Shown: one piece after another, positions 10,954 through 22,230 of the stretch
Numbering within the stretch: the first letter of the stretch is position 1
How the letters are laid out: each line of letters starts with the position of its first letter
DNA from: Lama guanicoe
Taxonomy: Eukaryota
Length of the DNA stretch: 30,630 nucleotides
Direction: 5' to 3'
Assembly (NCBI GenBank): GCA_013239625.1
Contig: MU053661.1
Span: 124,001 to 154,630, forward strand
Translations under genes and position numbers: made by a program
The notes under the pieces: generated by a model
Database searches by the model: none
The model's input: only the letters and a program-made list of their open reading frames with translations
What the model was told of the DNA's origin: nothing

Positions 10954-12159
10954 TAGCAACACGGTTTTTGCTAGTAATATATGCTGGTTGGCTGCTTTCG
11001 GTTTCAGTAATTCCATCTTATGTGTGGGCGTTTTTCTTCTGGTGGGCCTGTGTGTGGTTTGCACACATGATAATAGAGATCTGTATCTGGGAGAACTCCA
11101 GACCTCGTGTAGTCCCTGGTACGGAGCGCCCACTGAACTGATGCTTGAACTGGGAAAAAAAAACATAGTAAATGTTGGAATTTCCACTATGGTTGAAACT
11201 TCCAGGTTTCTGTAACCTGTTTAGCCCACTTTAATGTTGGCTGCACCCATACTGGATAATTTGGTGGAACTTCATGGTATTGTGGTGTAGAGACAGGGCC
11301 TTGTATGCTTATTCTCTTCCCTTTTTCTAACACTCATTCTCCTGGGCCTTCCAGGTACTCCCCTAGAAGGGCCCAGGGCTGGCTTGGTGCTGCACTGAGG
11401 CAATATTTGTTAATAAGACGCTTTCCTCATCTCTTCTGAGCCTCCGTTTCCTTCTCTGCACAATGAGGGCTTAGACTAGATAAGTGCTTTTCAGTTTCTT
11501 TTAAAGCCATGTTTCCTTTGAGAAACAAAAAATGCAAATCTCTCCTCCCATCCCAACCCTTTAGATTTTGACACGTCCTCCAAGGAGTGACATAGCTCTT
11601 TGTGGTTAATTGATGTGATTGTGATTCCAGGTGGCACAGAAAAGACTCTTCAGAGATTTATTGCAGGGAGAGGGCAGGAAAGGGGCAGTATGTCACACTT
11701 TCTAGTGTGAGCACTGGAGCAAGGGCTTGGGTTTAACTACGGTGTCTAACGTGCCCTTTCTCTAATCTTGCACAATGTGATAAACCTCTCTCCCTAGTTT
11801 CTTAATGTGTCAAGTTGGGGTGATAATATTTTAAGGCTTTTGTGAAACATTATACTCATAAGCCATTTGTGTCTCGGTAGATACAAGACCTGCTAGAGAG
11901 TCAGGGATTTCTTTAAAAATATATATATATTGTCCACAGCACTCTGTGTGTATTTTGAAGTTCCTGGAGGGTGAGGGTTGAGTCTAAAGTCCATAGTGGG
12001 ACAGGTGACCCAGGGGTCTGTGTGCCCCAGATTGCCCCCTCCTCCCCAGTCCTCTTCCTCTCAGTCCAGGATGAAGTTCCCTAGCAGATTTACACAGAGG
12101 TCTTGTGGACATGGCTTTTCATTTTATTGTTTCACCAAGGAGGGTTGCCATCATGATTT

Positions 12160-12318
12160 CTGTGGTCAGATTTTGGTGATCTGAAGGCTATGCAATTGGG
12201 GATTTCTATTTAATAAAAAGAAAAAAATTACAAATAGAAAATTAGAACAAGGGTGGTGACAGGGGCTATAGAAAGTGGGGACCATTAGCTTTGTTAGCTT
12301 CAGGTGCAGTGGCCTCTG
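12160..12318 (+). mobile_element. hAT-Tip100 non-autonomous DNA transposon (ORSL-like)
   Basis: 'ctgaaggctatgcaattgggg...tttaataaaagaaaaaaattacaaatagaaaattag...agctttgttagcttcaggtgcagtggcctctg' resembles a recalled consensus. Family name uncertain. Confidence 0.5.
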
Positions 12319-12475
12319 GCCATGGGGACCCATCCTTGTGCTCTGAAGTTGGAGGGATAAGTGGGTTCAGTGGGAATGTTTACTGAGTGTATCTCATGGG
12401 CTGCAAATTGTCTTATTTGTACTGTGTGCTCCTTATCTGAGTCAGTGAACTCATTTAATCTCAATAGCCTCTTTA

Positions 12476-12595
12476 AAAATTTAGACTTTTTATTTTGAGA
12501 TATAATGTAGATTCCCATGTAGTTGTAAGAGATAATATGGAGAGGGCCTATGGACTCTTTGCCCAATTTTCTTTAATAGTTCCATCTTGCAAAGT
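12476..12595 (-). mobile_element. L1MC/L1MD 3'-terminal fragment
   Basis: 'gactttttattttgagatataatgtagattcccatgtagttgtaagagataata...catcttgcaaa'. Confidence 0.7.
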
Positions 12596-12807
12596 TGGGG
12601 TACTATTCATTCGTGACTCACTAACCCTTTTAGGTTTGTGTTATTGCCCTCATTTCTATTTATGAATAAACTGGTATTTAGAGAAGCTCACAGGCCTTCC
12701 CAGGTCCCCCACATGTTTAGTGCAGAGTCGGGTGAACGTGGGCTTGGGATTTCCAGGCAGTACCATTATGATTGTCTGTGGCAGGGAGCAGCATTCACTT
12801 TGCTTGT

Positions 12808-12870
12808 TTATTCATTCATTCAACAAGCATTTATTAAATAAACTCTGTGGGTCAGATGCTTTCTTAGGTT
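12808..12870 (-). mobile_element. L2 3' terminus
   Basis: 'ttattcattcattcaacaagcatttattaa' is the characteristic antisense L2 tail. Confidence 0.65.
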
Positions 12871-13086
12871 TATCTGCTTCTTCAGCAGTACTAAGAATCA
12901 GGAAATATTTATTTTTTTTAATCTGAGAAAATTAGTTCTGAGAGGTTATAAACCCCCCAAAGGAAGTATAGCTCATAAAGGAGCGATAGTAAACTTGAAC
13001 AGTCACCTCTTTTTATGCAGGTGGTACCCTAGGCATTTTAAATTTGCAAACTTCCGTAATCCAGATATATTCTTGTAAGGCAAGGA

Positions 13087-13133
13087 TTTTTTTTTAATTG
13101 AAGTATAGTCAAGTTTACAATGTTGTGTCAATT
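13087..13133 (-). mobile_element. Extremely 5'-truncated L1 3' tip
   Basis: 'tttttttttaattgaagtatagtcaagtttacaatgttgtgtcaatt' flanked by GCAAGG (13080-13085 and 13134-13139). Confidence 0.7.
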
Positions 13134-13140
13134 GCAAGGT

Positions 13141-13293
13141 GTTTTTTTTTGAATTTTGAATTGAAAAAATATTTTTGAGGGGGTTAATTAGGTTTACTTA
13201 TTTGTTTCATTTTTTTAAAATGAGGTACTGGGGATTGAGCCAAGGTCCTCGTACATGCTATGTACATGCTCTACCACTGAAGTTTACCCTCCT
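13141..13293 (-). mobile_element. Camelid Vic-1-type tRNA-derived SINE
   Basis: The minus strand reads AGGAGGGTAAACTTCAGTGGTAGAGCATGTAC...GGCTCAATCCCCAGTACCTC...AAACCTAATTAACCCCC (A/B boxes plus tail). TAAGGCAAG is duplicated at 13076-13084 and 13297-13305. Confidence 0.85.
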
Positions 13294-13722
13294 AACTAAG
13301 GCAAGTTTTCTTATCCATTATTCTGCACCTTAGGAGTTCAAATAAATTGGAGTGGAAATCCAGATGTTTTGATCCCACTGTGGTTCTTTGCATTATATCC
13401 TGCTGAGGGGTGGGGAAGCAGTTCCTTTATTCATTCTTTTATTCAGCTGTTTTGAGCACTGACTTTGCATCAGGGCCTGGCTAGTTGCTTGGAAACAGAA
13501 AACAAGAAATGACCCTTCTCTGCAGGGACAGGAAGCCTTGACCAAAAGCTGGGTAATGTGATCTGAGCTACAGTAGCCATGTGCAGAAGCTGAGGACAAA
13601 CTTACCCCCGATTTGCTTGGGCTTCCGTTGCCTTCTGGCTGGTACACCAGGTCGCCGCAACCCAGTGAGGCCCGCAGCCCGCAGCACAGTATGTACATTG
13701 GTCTACTCTCCCCTCTTGGCAG

Positions 13723-14295
13723 GGCCTGCAACATTAGCGTCCCTGACTATGTGCAGTGTGCTGAGGACCACCAGAATCTCCCCGTTGTGGTCCAACCCGT
13801 GGTAATCATCTTAGAGGAGAATTTCTTTTGCATCTATATTGGAATCTCCTTGGTGAGCCAGATCAGCCCATGCGGCTCCCAGTGGGCACTCTGTATCCAC
13901 TATAGGTATCACTATGGGCCCGAGAATGGATGGAGTGACTTCCAAACCCACCGCAATGTCGTGGGCCTTGTCACCATTACCGACTGCCTCTTGGCCAAGA
14001 CCTTCTAGAAGCTCCACATGCAGAGGAGCTGTATGGCACCACGTTCTACGACTCTCAGCTCTTTCTCTTTGTGCTGTATGGGGAGGTGGCCGAGCAGCCA
14101 CGCACTGATGTGGCCTTAAATCTAGGAGGACTGCAGGGTGGTGGAGAAGAGGATCGAGGACTTCACTGAGTCACTCTTGATCTTGCCCAAGTCCAAGTGG
14201 CTGGATGGGGCCCCAGAAAAGTCTGCGGAGAAGACCCCCCTCCTCTACACCCTGTTTGAAAAGGAGGACTTCGTGGGACTGGACACAGACAGCAG
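13723..14295 (+). pseudogene. TRAPPC9-like first coding exon, disabled
   Basis: Translates as (I)[44 protein letters not shown] / [25 protein letters not shown] / [26 protein letters not shown], matching TRAPPC9 MSVPDYMQCAEDHQ...[12 protein letters not shown]>ATT at 13733; TAG at 14006 and 14123; two frameshifts. Acceptor ctactctcccctcttggcAG (13721-22); donor-like GCAAGT at 14296. Confidence 0.95.
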
Positions 14296-14584
14296 GCAAG
14301 TCTACGTGGAGGCCCGGCCACCCTGGCTGTGTGAAGGGTTGCTTCCCTGCATCCAGAATTGGATCAGCAAGGAGGAGGGCTGTCTTGTAGCCAAGGCGGG
14401 AAGAAGGTGCAGCCCGCCGGTTTTCAGACGTTTAAAGTGAATCCGCCTTTGTTTCAGAGAGATCCTTTTAGGGTTAATATGGAGACTTACTGCCCCTTTT
14501 CAGCCAGGATACTTGGTGGGACCCCTGGAGTTGCTGTCCAAAAGAGTAGCTACAGCCACTGATGCTAGGAGCGCTGGTTAGGAG

Positions 14585-14835
14585 GCTGGCCTGAGCTGAG
14601 ATGTGCTGTAGTCAAATGCACATCAGACGCTGAGACTTGTCTAGTAAAAAGAATGTAAACTATATTGTTACTTTCTATATTGATTACATGTCAAAATGAT
14701 AGTATTTTACATACAGTAGAATAAGTAAGACCTGTTCTTAAAATCAGTTTCTAGTTTGTTTTGTTTTTAATTTTAAAATGTGGCAACTGGGAAGCTTTCT
14801 TTACATGGCTCTCATTTCATTCCTGTTGGGCAGCT
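14585..14835 (-). mobile_element. MER33 (hAT-Charlie) DNA transposon
   Basis: 'ctgagatgtgctgta...aaaaagaatgtaaa...tatattgattacatgtcaaaatgatagtatttt...aaaatgtggcaactggga...ttcctgttgggcagc'. Confidence 0.75.
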
Positions 14836-17110
14836 TGTCCTGGGACAGTCCCATCCCTTTGCCTATAGATGAGACTCTGAATCCCGAGACCAGAACGAGG
14901 TGCTGGTTGAGCTAGGGATGGAGCCGGTGTCTCCTGCCTCCCAGGCCCAGCACCTGTTCAGCTCAGGCTCTCTCTCCCTGCCCGACAGCCGCCATGCCAA
15001 GTTAGGACATCAGAAACACTGCAGGGGCTTCCTAATGAGCTCCTTACGCAGGGAAACGCATGTCACGGAGAATGGGACAGAGCAGGGAAAAATTCGTCCT
15101 CACTTTGTCACTGTGATTTGGTCAAAGGTCCCACTCTGCCTTGGAAGTGCAGACGAGCTCTTCTGGGCTGCCTAGAGCCCACCCGCTACTATGTTTCCCT
15201 GTGTATTTTTCGAGCTGTCCCTCGGGCAGAAGGGGGTGAGATGTCTTTGCCGAGAGGTGGTCCCCCTTTGCTGGGGAGAGTGAGGGAAGCCGTGACCCCC
15301 AGCCTACGGCCTCAGGCCTTGAGTCTGGAGAGCGCCCATGGTGGTCCCAAAGGTGACGGTCGGAGGACATGGCACGTGCTGCCAGACCCGCTGTGGAGGG
15401 GGTGCTCTGTGATTCTCTGTGATTCTAAGCTCAGATTCTACATTCTGGTTGTTGGTAAGTTGGAGGAGAAGATGCCAGAGAATTGATAAAAAGAAAGTCC
15501 ACACCAGTCCTATGAGTGAGAGGCACAGGGGATACGTGTCCCACCTGCGTGGGGTGCCTGGCGGGCTCTGGATGAATTTTCACTTCCTCCCCGGACATGC
15601 CTCTATGGCGTAAGGAAGGGAAGATTCATGTCGTGGCCATGATCTGTACTTGTCCTTGCAGGACCCTGTGATCTACAAGCCCGCACTACCCTTCCACTCC
15701 TTGTAGATGAGCTGGCAGGTTTAGTGGCCTGGGCAAAGCTGAGGGCACAGCTGCCAGCACCGGGCCACTCCCAGGCAGGCTCCGTTCACTTTACATGTCA
15801 CCTCCTGCTGAGGACCCTGGCGTTAGTCAAGATAGGTGCATCGGTGCAACGTAAGCAGGGACCACCTTCTGCCCCTGGACAGACTGGTGGGTGAGCAGTG
15901 GAAGCCTGGAGCCCTGCCCCAGCCCCCAGGCCAGTGCCTCCTCTTTTGTCATAGGAGGCACTGGTGACATTTTTGCTCAGCAACTGCTTGGCTCTGGGTC
16001 TGCAGACCCACCAGAGAATGCTAGCTTGTTTTTGAATTTTGAAGTCTGCCCTTGGGATTTGGCGGAGTAGCTGGATGGGTGCTTAGCCCACAGTGATTGA
16101 CACTGTCACCATTGCTTACCCAGAACCTCGTGTACCAGGCATGGCTCCTGGCATCAAAATACAGCAGCGTATTAAACCTCCCTCCTTGTGGGTCTCTCTG
16201 TTCTGGTACCATAAGGGCTCAGCCAGCATCTGAACGTCAGTGAGATAACGTGGCCAGTGAGCTCGGGTCAAGCACGTTCTCCTCCAGTCACTTTTACTCC
16301 ATTGTTGCTTTTACTATTCCACAGTCATTAATTTTAAAAACAATGCTTTGGAGCAGAAGCAGAGGCTAATTCTCCCCTGTTTCTCTTGGTGGGAGTGATT
16401 AAAATTGTCCAGATTGAATTGCGACCACATTTTGTAGCTCAAAAGCTGTCTACACGCATCTAGGTGAAGTTTTGGTTTGGGGCGCTGACCATGTTGGGGT
16501 CCCCCGGCATCGCCGCTCCCCTCAGGCCCCTGCCTTCCCTGGAGCAGGAGGTAAGTGTGGGTCTCACCTTCCCCGCATCCCTGTCCTCATCACACTCACG
16601 TAATTTCTTGTAAATGCTGTCAGTTATTTTTGTTCTCGTGTGTTTCTAATTTTCGCTGTTCCTCTTTTCCTTTTTCTATTTTCCTTTTTCCCTTATACCA
16701 CCCTGTGAGCACGTTGTTGGGTCTGAAAATGTGGGCTGTGCACACCCTGCATTGGAAATAGCCAGATCGCCCTCGGTGATGTCTCCAATGCTTTAAAAAG
16801 CAAAAACTTAACAGTTGCCTTGATTCATATATTATCCTAGTCATCTTTTTATTTTCTAGTTTTTTGGAATTTTTGCTCTGTTAGCCCATCACCCACTGGT
16901 CTTTGATACCTATTAAAGTCCTTGCTTTGATTAACCTGTTTGTTCCTCCTTATATTTGGTGGCATATGCACTCTTACTAATTTTGTTTATTTGTTTTGAA
17001 GAAGTGAGATGCGAATTGATTTAGGCGGCTGCTGAGGGATTTTTTTCATGGAGTATTTAAACTTGGAAAGTCAAAATCTGCAGCACCTTGCTTGATTCTG
17101 GCTTTTACAC

Positions 17111-17195
17111 AAACGTGCTCGGTACGCGGTTCCTGGCTGTCGCTGTGTGACGTGCGTGACGGCGTTTCCTGGCCGGCGGTCACTGGTGAGGAAGT
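17111..17195. promoter_or_regulatory. Small intronic CpG cluster (candidate enhancer or alternative promoter)
   Basis: 11 CpGs in 17111-17180, with TGACGTG, ACGTG, GCGTG, TTCC/GGAAGT motifs and a CTG|GTGAGG donor-like site. Confidence 0.45.
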
Positions 17196-17949
17196 GGCAG
17201 TCTTGGGGGTGAGCAGCTGCAGGGGATGCTGTTGGAGGAAGCAGTCTCCGGTTTTTTGTTTTTTGGGTTTTTTTTGCATTTACCTTCCCAGTGACATTTA
17301 CTTTCGTTTGCATTAATTGAGGGGCAGTTGCGGGTCTAAAATCCATGCCACTCTTTTTTTCCCTTTATGAGGCTGATTTTTCTGAGTATCAGGACAACAT
17401 GGCCTTCTCCTTAGTAGCTGGCTCACCTGGATCTGGTGGACACAGGGACTGCTAAAGGGGACCGTAGCTTCCTCTCTGCTTCAGCCAGTGGGCATTCAGA
17501 GCCGGGTCTGTGGTTTGCCTCAGCAGCCGTGCAGGCCTCCCTACACCGGCCTTTAATTTTACCCCTTTTTGGCAGTAAATACCTGACTCTGTGTCTGTTG
17601 CAGCTGATTCCACCACTGACGGCCGTGTCGTTATTTTGCGGTAGTGAGTCTCCAACACCCCTATCAGCCGTGAAGGGACCTTGCATTCTCACCCCCTTGC
17701 ACTGTTCCCCCTGGTAAGGGTGAAGCCCCCAGAACAGACTGCCCGTATTTTCTGTGTATCCCTGGATACATGCCTTACCCTTAGGAGGCCAGAAAAAGAA
17801 CTATCTCCACCCCAGTCAGTATCAAAGTTCTTAAGGGTCTGGGTTATATTAACTCTATGTTGCAGGGAGACTATTCCAGAATTGTTCAACAACCTTTGTC
17901 CAGGATGGCTCCTCTCCCAGTGGGGAGAAGGGCAGCGGAGGGAAACTAG

Positions 17950-18157
17950 CCAGGCCCCGTGTCAGGTACCAGTCGGCCGCCCTACTTGCCTGTTGCATTC
18001 ACATCCATGCCTCCCAGGTGGGCGGTGGCAGCCCCCTTTTGCAGATTGGGAAGCCTTCTCAGAGGGGTTAAGGAATTGGTCCGTTTACCGGCTAGTAAAT
18101 GCTGTAGCAGGATTCAAGCAGGGCCTTGTCAGATTTCAAGGTCATGTTCTCTCTACT
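17950..18157 (-). mobile_element. MIR SINE
   Basis: 'cccccttttgcagattgggaagccttctcagaggggttaagg...gctagtaaatgctgtagcaggattcaagc...tcagatttcaaggtcatgttctctctact'. Confidence 0.65.
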
Positions 18158-19149
18158 GTTTCCAGTACTTCCCTGTTACACCTGGAATGGTGAAGTGGAG
18201 CCTTTCAGAAAAAGTACGATTTAAGTGCCTCAGGACTGTTTCACAAAGCTCACCGTTCGTTGATGGTTTGGAAGCACCACAGTGCTTTACGCCTTACAGA
18301 TGTAAGGTTTTACTCCTTTGACGATGACGTAGTTGCAAATGACGTACAGGTGCAAAACCACACTTAGCAGCTTCTGAAGGGAAACACTGCAGTTCTCCCT
18401 TGATCCGCTTTCTTCTGCGGGATGTAACGTACTGCAGCGTAAGCCTGAGCTATCCGTACGGAGTGAGGGTTTGATATCCAAAGTTAGCATAAAACAGTCA
18501 GATGGAGAAAATCGAAGATGACAATATATTTTGGGGTTTAATTAGACAAGATATACTATCTGTCAATGGCCCATAAAGCGAATGAAATTGAGTACAGAAC
18601 ATTGCATTTCTTACTTTCTACAGAGAGCTGTCTTCCAACGTAAGGTTGTCTGCTTTGGAACTTCAGCTCAGCCACTAGGGCACCTAATTGTGTTGGTTGC
18701 ACTTACACAGTGTATGTAATCTGGGCTTCCTTAGCCCCAAACACTCCAGTGCAGAATCATAGGCTGTAGCCATCACTTAGTTATACAAATACTTCTAAAA
18801 CTATATGATACCAAAAAAATTAATAAAAATAAAAAGAGAGCGGGAGATTGCCTTTATCAAAGTTCCCTTGGATTTTAACTGCAAACTGATGTTAAGCAGC
18901 TCTGGTTCCCTTTGGATATGAATATATACATTTCTTTGCATTTAACTTGGATTTTAGACATGAATACCAAGCTCTTGTTTTCCATGAGCCACAAAAATCA
19001 TAGCCAAATGACACATGTATGAAATATTTTATTCTTTTTTTCTGAGACAGAATCCTTGGATTTGGGACTTGGGCTGTGATTTTGCTTTTTGCTCTTCCCA
19101 CCCCTCTTGTCACCACACTCCTTTTTCCCACGTGGACTCCAAGAGTTCA

Positions 19150-19972
19150 TGGTCTCAAAGGAGCAGGTGGACAAATACCAGTTGGTAGCCAAGCAGTGCT
19201 GCTGTAGAGGGAGCCCAGCCAAGAGCTAAAGGACATCATCAGAGAGGACTTCCTGGAAGAAATTGGCTCTACATTCAGTTCTGAGGACAGAGTAAGAGTC
19301 AGCCAGGAGAAGGAATCAAGAGGGTGACTCCGGTGGCAGGAGCAGCCCGGGTAGAAGCCTGGAGGCTTGTGGGGTGGGGACTCGGGGAGAGTGCCCTGTG
19401 TGGTACAGGGTGGTGGGTGCCCCTGCTGGGAAGGACACTGGAGAGGGCCTAGGGGTGGAGGGCTTTGGTGGAGCTTGGTTTTTACTAGAACTGACACAGA
19501 GGGGGCAGTGAAGGGTGTCAGCAGGAAGTGACACTCAGGAGAGCAGCTCTGCCTGTCCTTTTGAGCCCCACCCCTTCATTCATTTATTCATAACACACGC
19601 AATCCTGAGTGTCTAGGTGAGAGGGGTGGACCCACAGTAGTAAGCAAAATGTACTTACTTCTTAAGCGCTTAGCAGTGTCAGAAGTTGACTTAGTTTAGA
19701 ATGTTCTAGGAACACAGCAGGGCACCTAACCCAAAGTGCGGAGGTTGGAGGGAAGGAAGGCTTCCTTGACAAACATTCAAAATGAGCCTGGAGGCAAGTG
19801 GGAATTAGCAGCAGGTCACGAGGCACCTGAGGTCACTGGGGACCTGGGTACTGAGGTGAGGCTGGACAAGCAGGTTCGGGAGTGGGGCTAGAAATCTACC
19901 AGGGAGCCTCTGAAGGGTTTGAAGTGGGGTTGATGTAATCAAGTTTGTGCTTTCGGAAGGCTGCCGTGGCTC
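19150..19972 (-). mobile_element. L2 fragments
   Basis: 'gaggacttcctggaagaa', 'ttcattcatttattca', 'gggagcctctgaagggttttgaagtgggg...aatcaagtttgtgcttt'. Confidence 0.55.
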
Positions 19973-20010
19973 TGTGTGTGCGTGTGTGGTGTGTGTGTGT
20001 GTGTGTGTGT
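19973..20010. repeat. Interrupted (TG)n microsatellite
   Basis: Read directly from the sequence. Confidence 0.95.
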
Positions 20011-21050
20011 ATCGGGGAAGAGGGGGACGGTGCCACCAACTGGGAGGGTCATTAGAAGACCATTCACGGGCTCAGAGGCCACCAGTGGGAGAGGGGCGGC
20101 GAGGCTGCTTGGGGACGGCAGGGGCAGTGTAGATGCCGGATTTCCTTATGGGGAGTGCTTGTTAGTGGGGTCGCTCTAGCGACACCTTGTGGCTGGAAGA
20201 AAACAGATGGAGGCCACCAGGTGGAATTTCCTCTTCTCTCCTTCCCTGCCTTGTGTGATGATCCTAGGTCAGCCAACATATGGAACAGAAGACCTAAGTT
20301 CCAGAGTAGCCCAGGACTTTGCTGAGCTCATTCGAGTGAGATCTGTTATGATTTAGGCTTGTGTTGAAATCTGCATGTCCACTTAGCTAGAATGCCCCGT
20401 CTCTTGGATTTCAATAGGGGTATTAATTCTTGATAAAGATTGCTTTCTTGGTGAGAGGAAATTTAATACAACTGCTGTCTTTCTCAAAAAAAATCTTATC
20501 TTGTAAGAAATTTAATATTCAAAAGAATAGGAATATTTAAAAATGATAAACTAAGGCTTTCGTGTAGTTTCTTTGGTTTTCTGAGTTGATGTGGAGGTAG
20601 AGCCTTTGCATTACTTAATAGCACATCTTTGTCAGTATTTAAAGAGCTGTTAGTGAGCACCCCAGGCCCCACTTTTCAAAGCATCATTAAAGCTTGCTCT
20701 GAAATAGTGAAGTCATAAAGGTCTTGTTTGCAGAAGCCAAATATTTGGTTTATAATCTGCAGCATAGCTCCCTTTATAAAATAATAATAGGTTCAAAATT
20801 AAGAAAGTGGAAGACAATTGATTTTTTTAAAAGCTGAAACTAAACTTTCTTGTGCTAATGTTGCAACTGGAAATTTCGAAAAGAAAAATCCTACTGTAAT
20901 ATCATCTACGTGGAATACATATATGTCTGTCACGTTTGAAAAGTAACTGCACAGTGGTTTTTGAAGTCAGGACCATTCCAGCTGAGATACTGGCAGTGAT
21001 GTTTGCTGGTTTTCAATGGAAGAGCCTAAATTTGCTTCCTTAGCTTTATT

Positions 21051-21095
21051 CTTTTCTTTTCTTTTCTTTTCTTTTCTTTTCTTTTCTTTTCTTTT
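21051..21095. repeat. (CTTTT)9 microsatellite followed by (CT)n, T and G runs
   Basis: Read directly from the sequence. Confidence 0.97.
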
Positions 21096-21225
21096 CTCTC
21101 TCTCTTTTTTTTGGGGGGGGGTAGTGCGAGGGTTGAGTAGTGCTTTGCCAGCATGATTTTGGGGCAATTTGGGGGCAGATGTCGTGCACCAGCAGTGAGA
21201 TATTTCCATGCATTTTAATTTCCGG

Positions 21226-21346
21226 ACATCACCAGGGCACATGTGGGTTTTGTGCCTGCAGGCTGGGATGCTGCAGGACTCACTGGTCCATCACCGCTAT
21301 GTCCTGGAGCTGCTCCAATCAGTGAATGACTTTCTGTGGCTTGGAG
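21226..21346 (+). pseudogene. TRAPPC9-like second coding exon remnant
   Basis: Frame from 21250 reads [32 protein letters not shown], versus TRAPPC9 [32 protein letters not shown]. Donor GAG|GTAATG at 21347 is intact. The ancestral acceptor appears mutated (ttttaatttccGG) and the 5' part has deletions. Not in the ORF track because it is under 60 aa. Confidence 0.92.
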
Positions 21347-21689
21347 GTAATGTGTCTGATGGAGATGATCAGATGTGTAACTAAAGTACTGTTACTTGAA
21401 ATAAGAGAAAAGCTATCAAAAATGGCTCTAAAATACAGGATGAGGGAGGAGAATTGGCTGAGCTATTTGCAGTGGGGAATATTCTCAGGTGACTCTCTCA
21501 CTGTGTCTCCTGTCACTCTCCCCCACAGCCCTGCACGGCAGTCATACTGAAGCAACCACGCAGTTTCTCAGAAACGTGCTGAATTTCCTTGTGCCTCTGA
21601 TTGTTCACTTTTTTTTTAAAGTACATCTTGTCTTTTGCTTAAGTGCCATCCCTGCTAGCCACCTCTTACACTCATTCTTCTGGACCTCG

Positions 21690-22230
21690 CCCATATGTAG
21701 CTGCTGAATGGATGAACAAAATGATGTATCTCCATTTAGTGGAATATTATTCAGACATAAGAGTGAATAAAAAAGAAAAAATAAATAAAGGGGAATTTGA
21801 AAAAAACCACCTGCTCTGGGAAGTCCACCCTGACTGCTCAACCCGGCCTTTTCTCTTTGAAACCCCATCCGTTATACTCCTCTCTACTCTTTTTGATAGT
21901 ATTTACCAACTTCTAATAAAGTTTAACATTTTCAAAAAAAAGAGACATGCTGATACGACTTCAACGTGGATAAGCCTTGATAACAGCATGTTAACTGAAA
22001 GGAAGCAGACACAAACGGCCACATATTGTTGATTTCAGTGATCTGAAATGCCCAGAATAGGCTCATGCAGAGGCAGAGAGCAGATGATGGTTGCAAGGGG
22101 CTGGGTGGAGGGGGTTGGGGAGTGACTGCCAGTGACAGGGGGATTCTTTTCGGGTGATGAAGTGTTCTGGAAATAGATGGTTGTGAGGGCTGCACAACCG
22201 TGAGTGTGCAGAAGACTGCTGAGCGCTGTG
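21690..22230 (+). mobile_element. L1MB-type 3' region with an internal ~170 bp insert
   Basis: 'gaatggatgaacaaaatg...gtggaatattattcag', then 'cgtggataagccttga...tgaaaggaagcagacacaaacggccacatattgt...gtgatgaagtgttctggaa...gctgcacaacc'. Confidence 0.8.

Noticed and set aside
13220..13293. tRNA gene (A/B box motifs on the minus strand; also 23305-23385 and 28490-28563)
   Set aside because: SINE heads with an AT-rich tail, TSDs on two copies and degenerate stems; not tRNA genes.
13723..14295. Processed (retro) pseudogene interpretation
   Set aside because: Homology ends at splice sites, later exons lie kilobases downstream, and there is no poly(A) tail or TSD.
13613..14440. ORFs 13613-14008 and 14138-14440 as a functional TRAPPC9 gene
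   Set aside because: Start codon lost, two in-frame stops, frameshifts and deletions. The ORF ends run into intronic sequence.
17681..18193. 170-aa ORF
   Set aside because: No recognisable homology, and its 3' half runs through a MIR.
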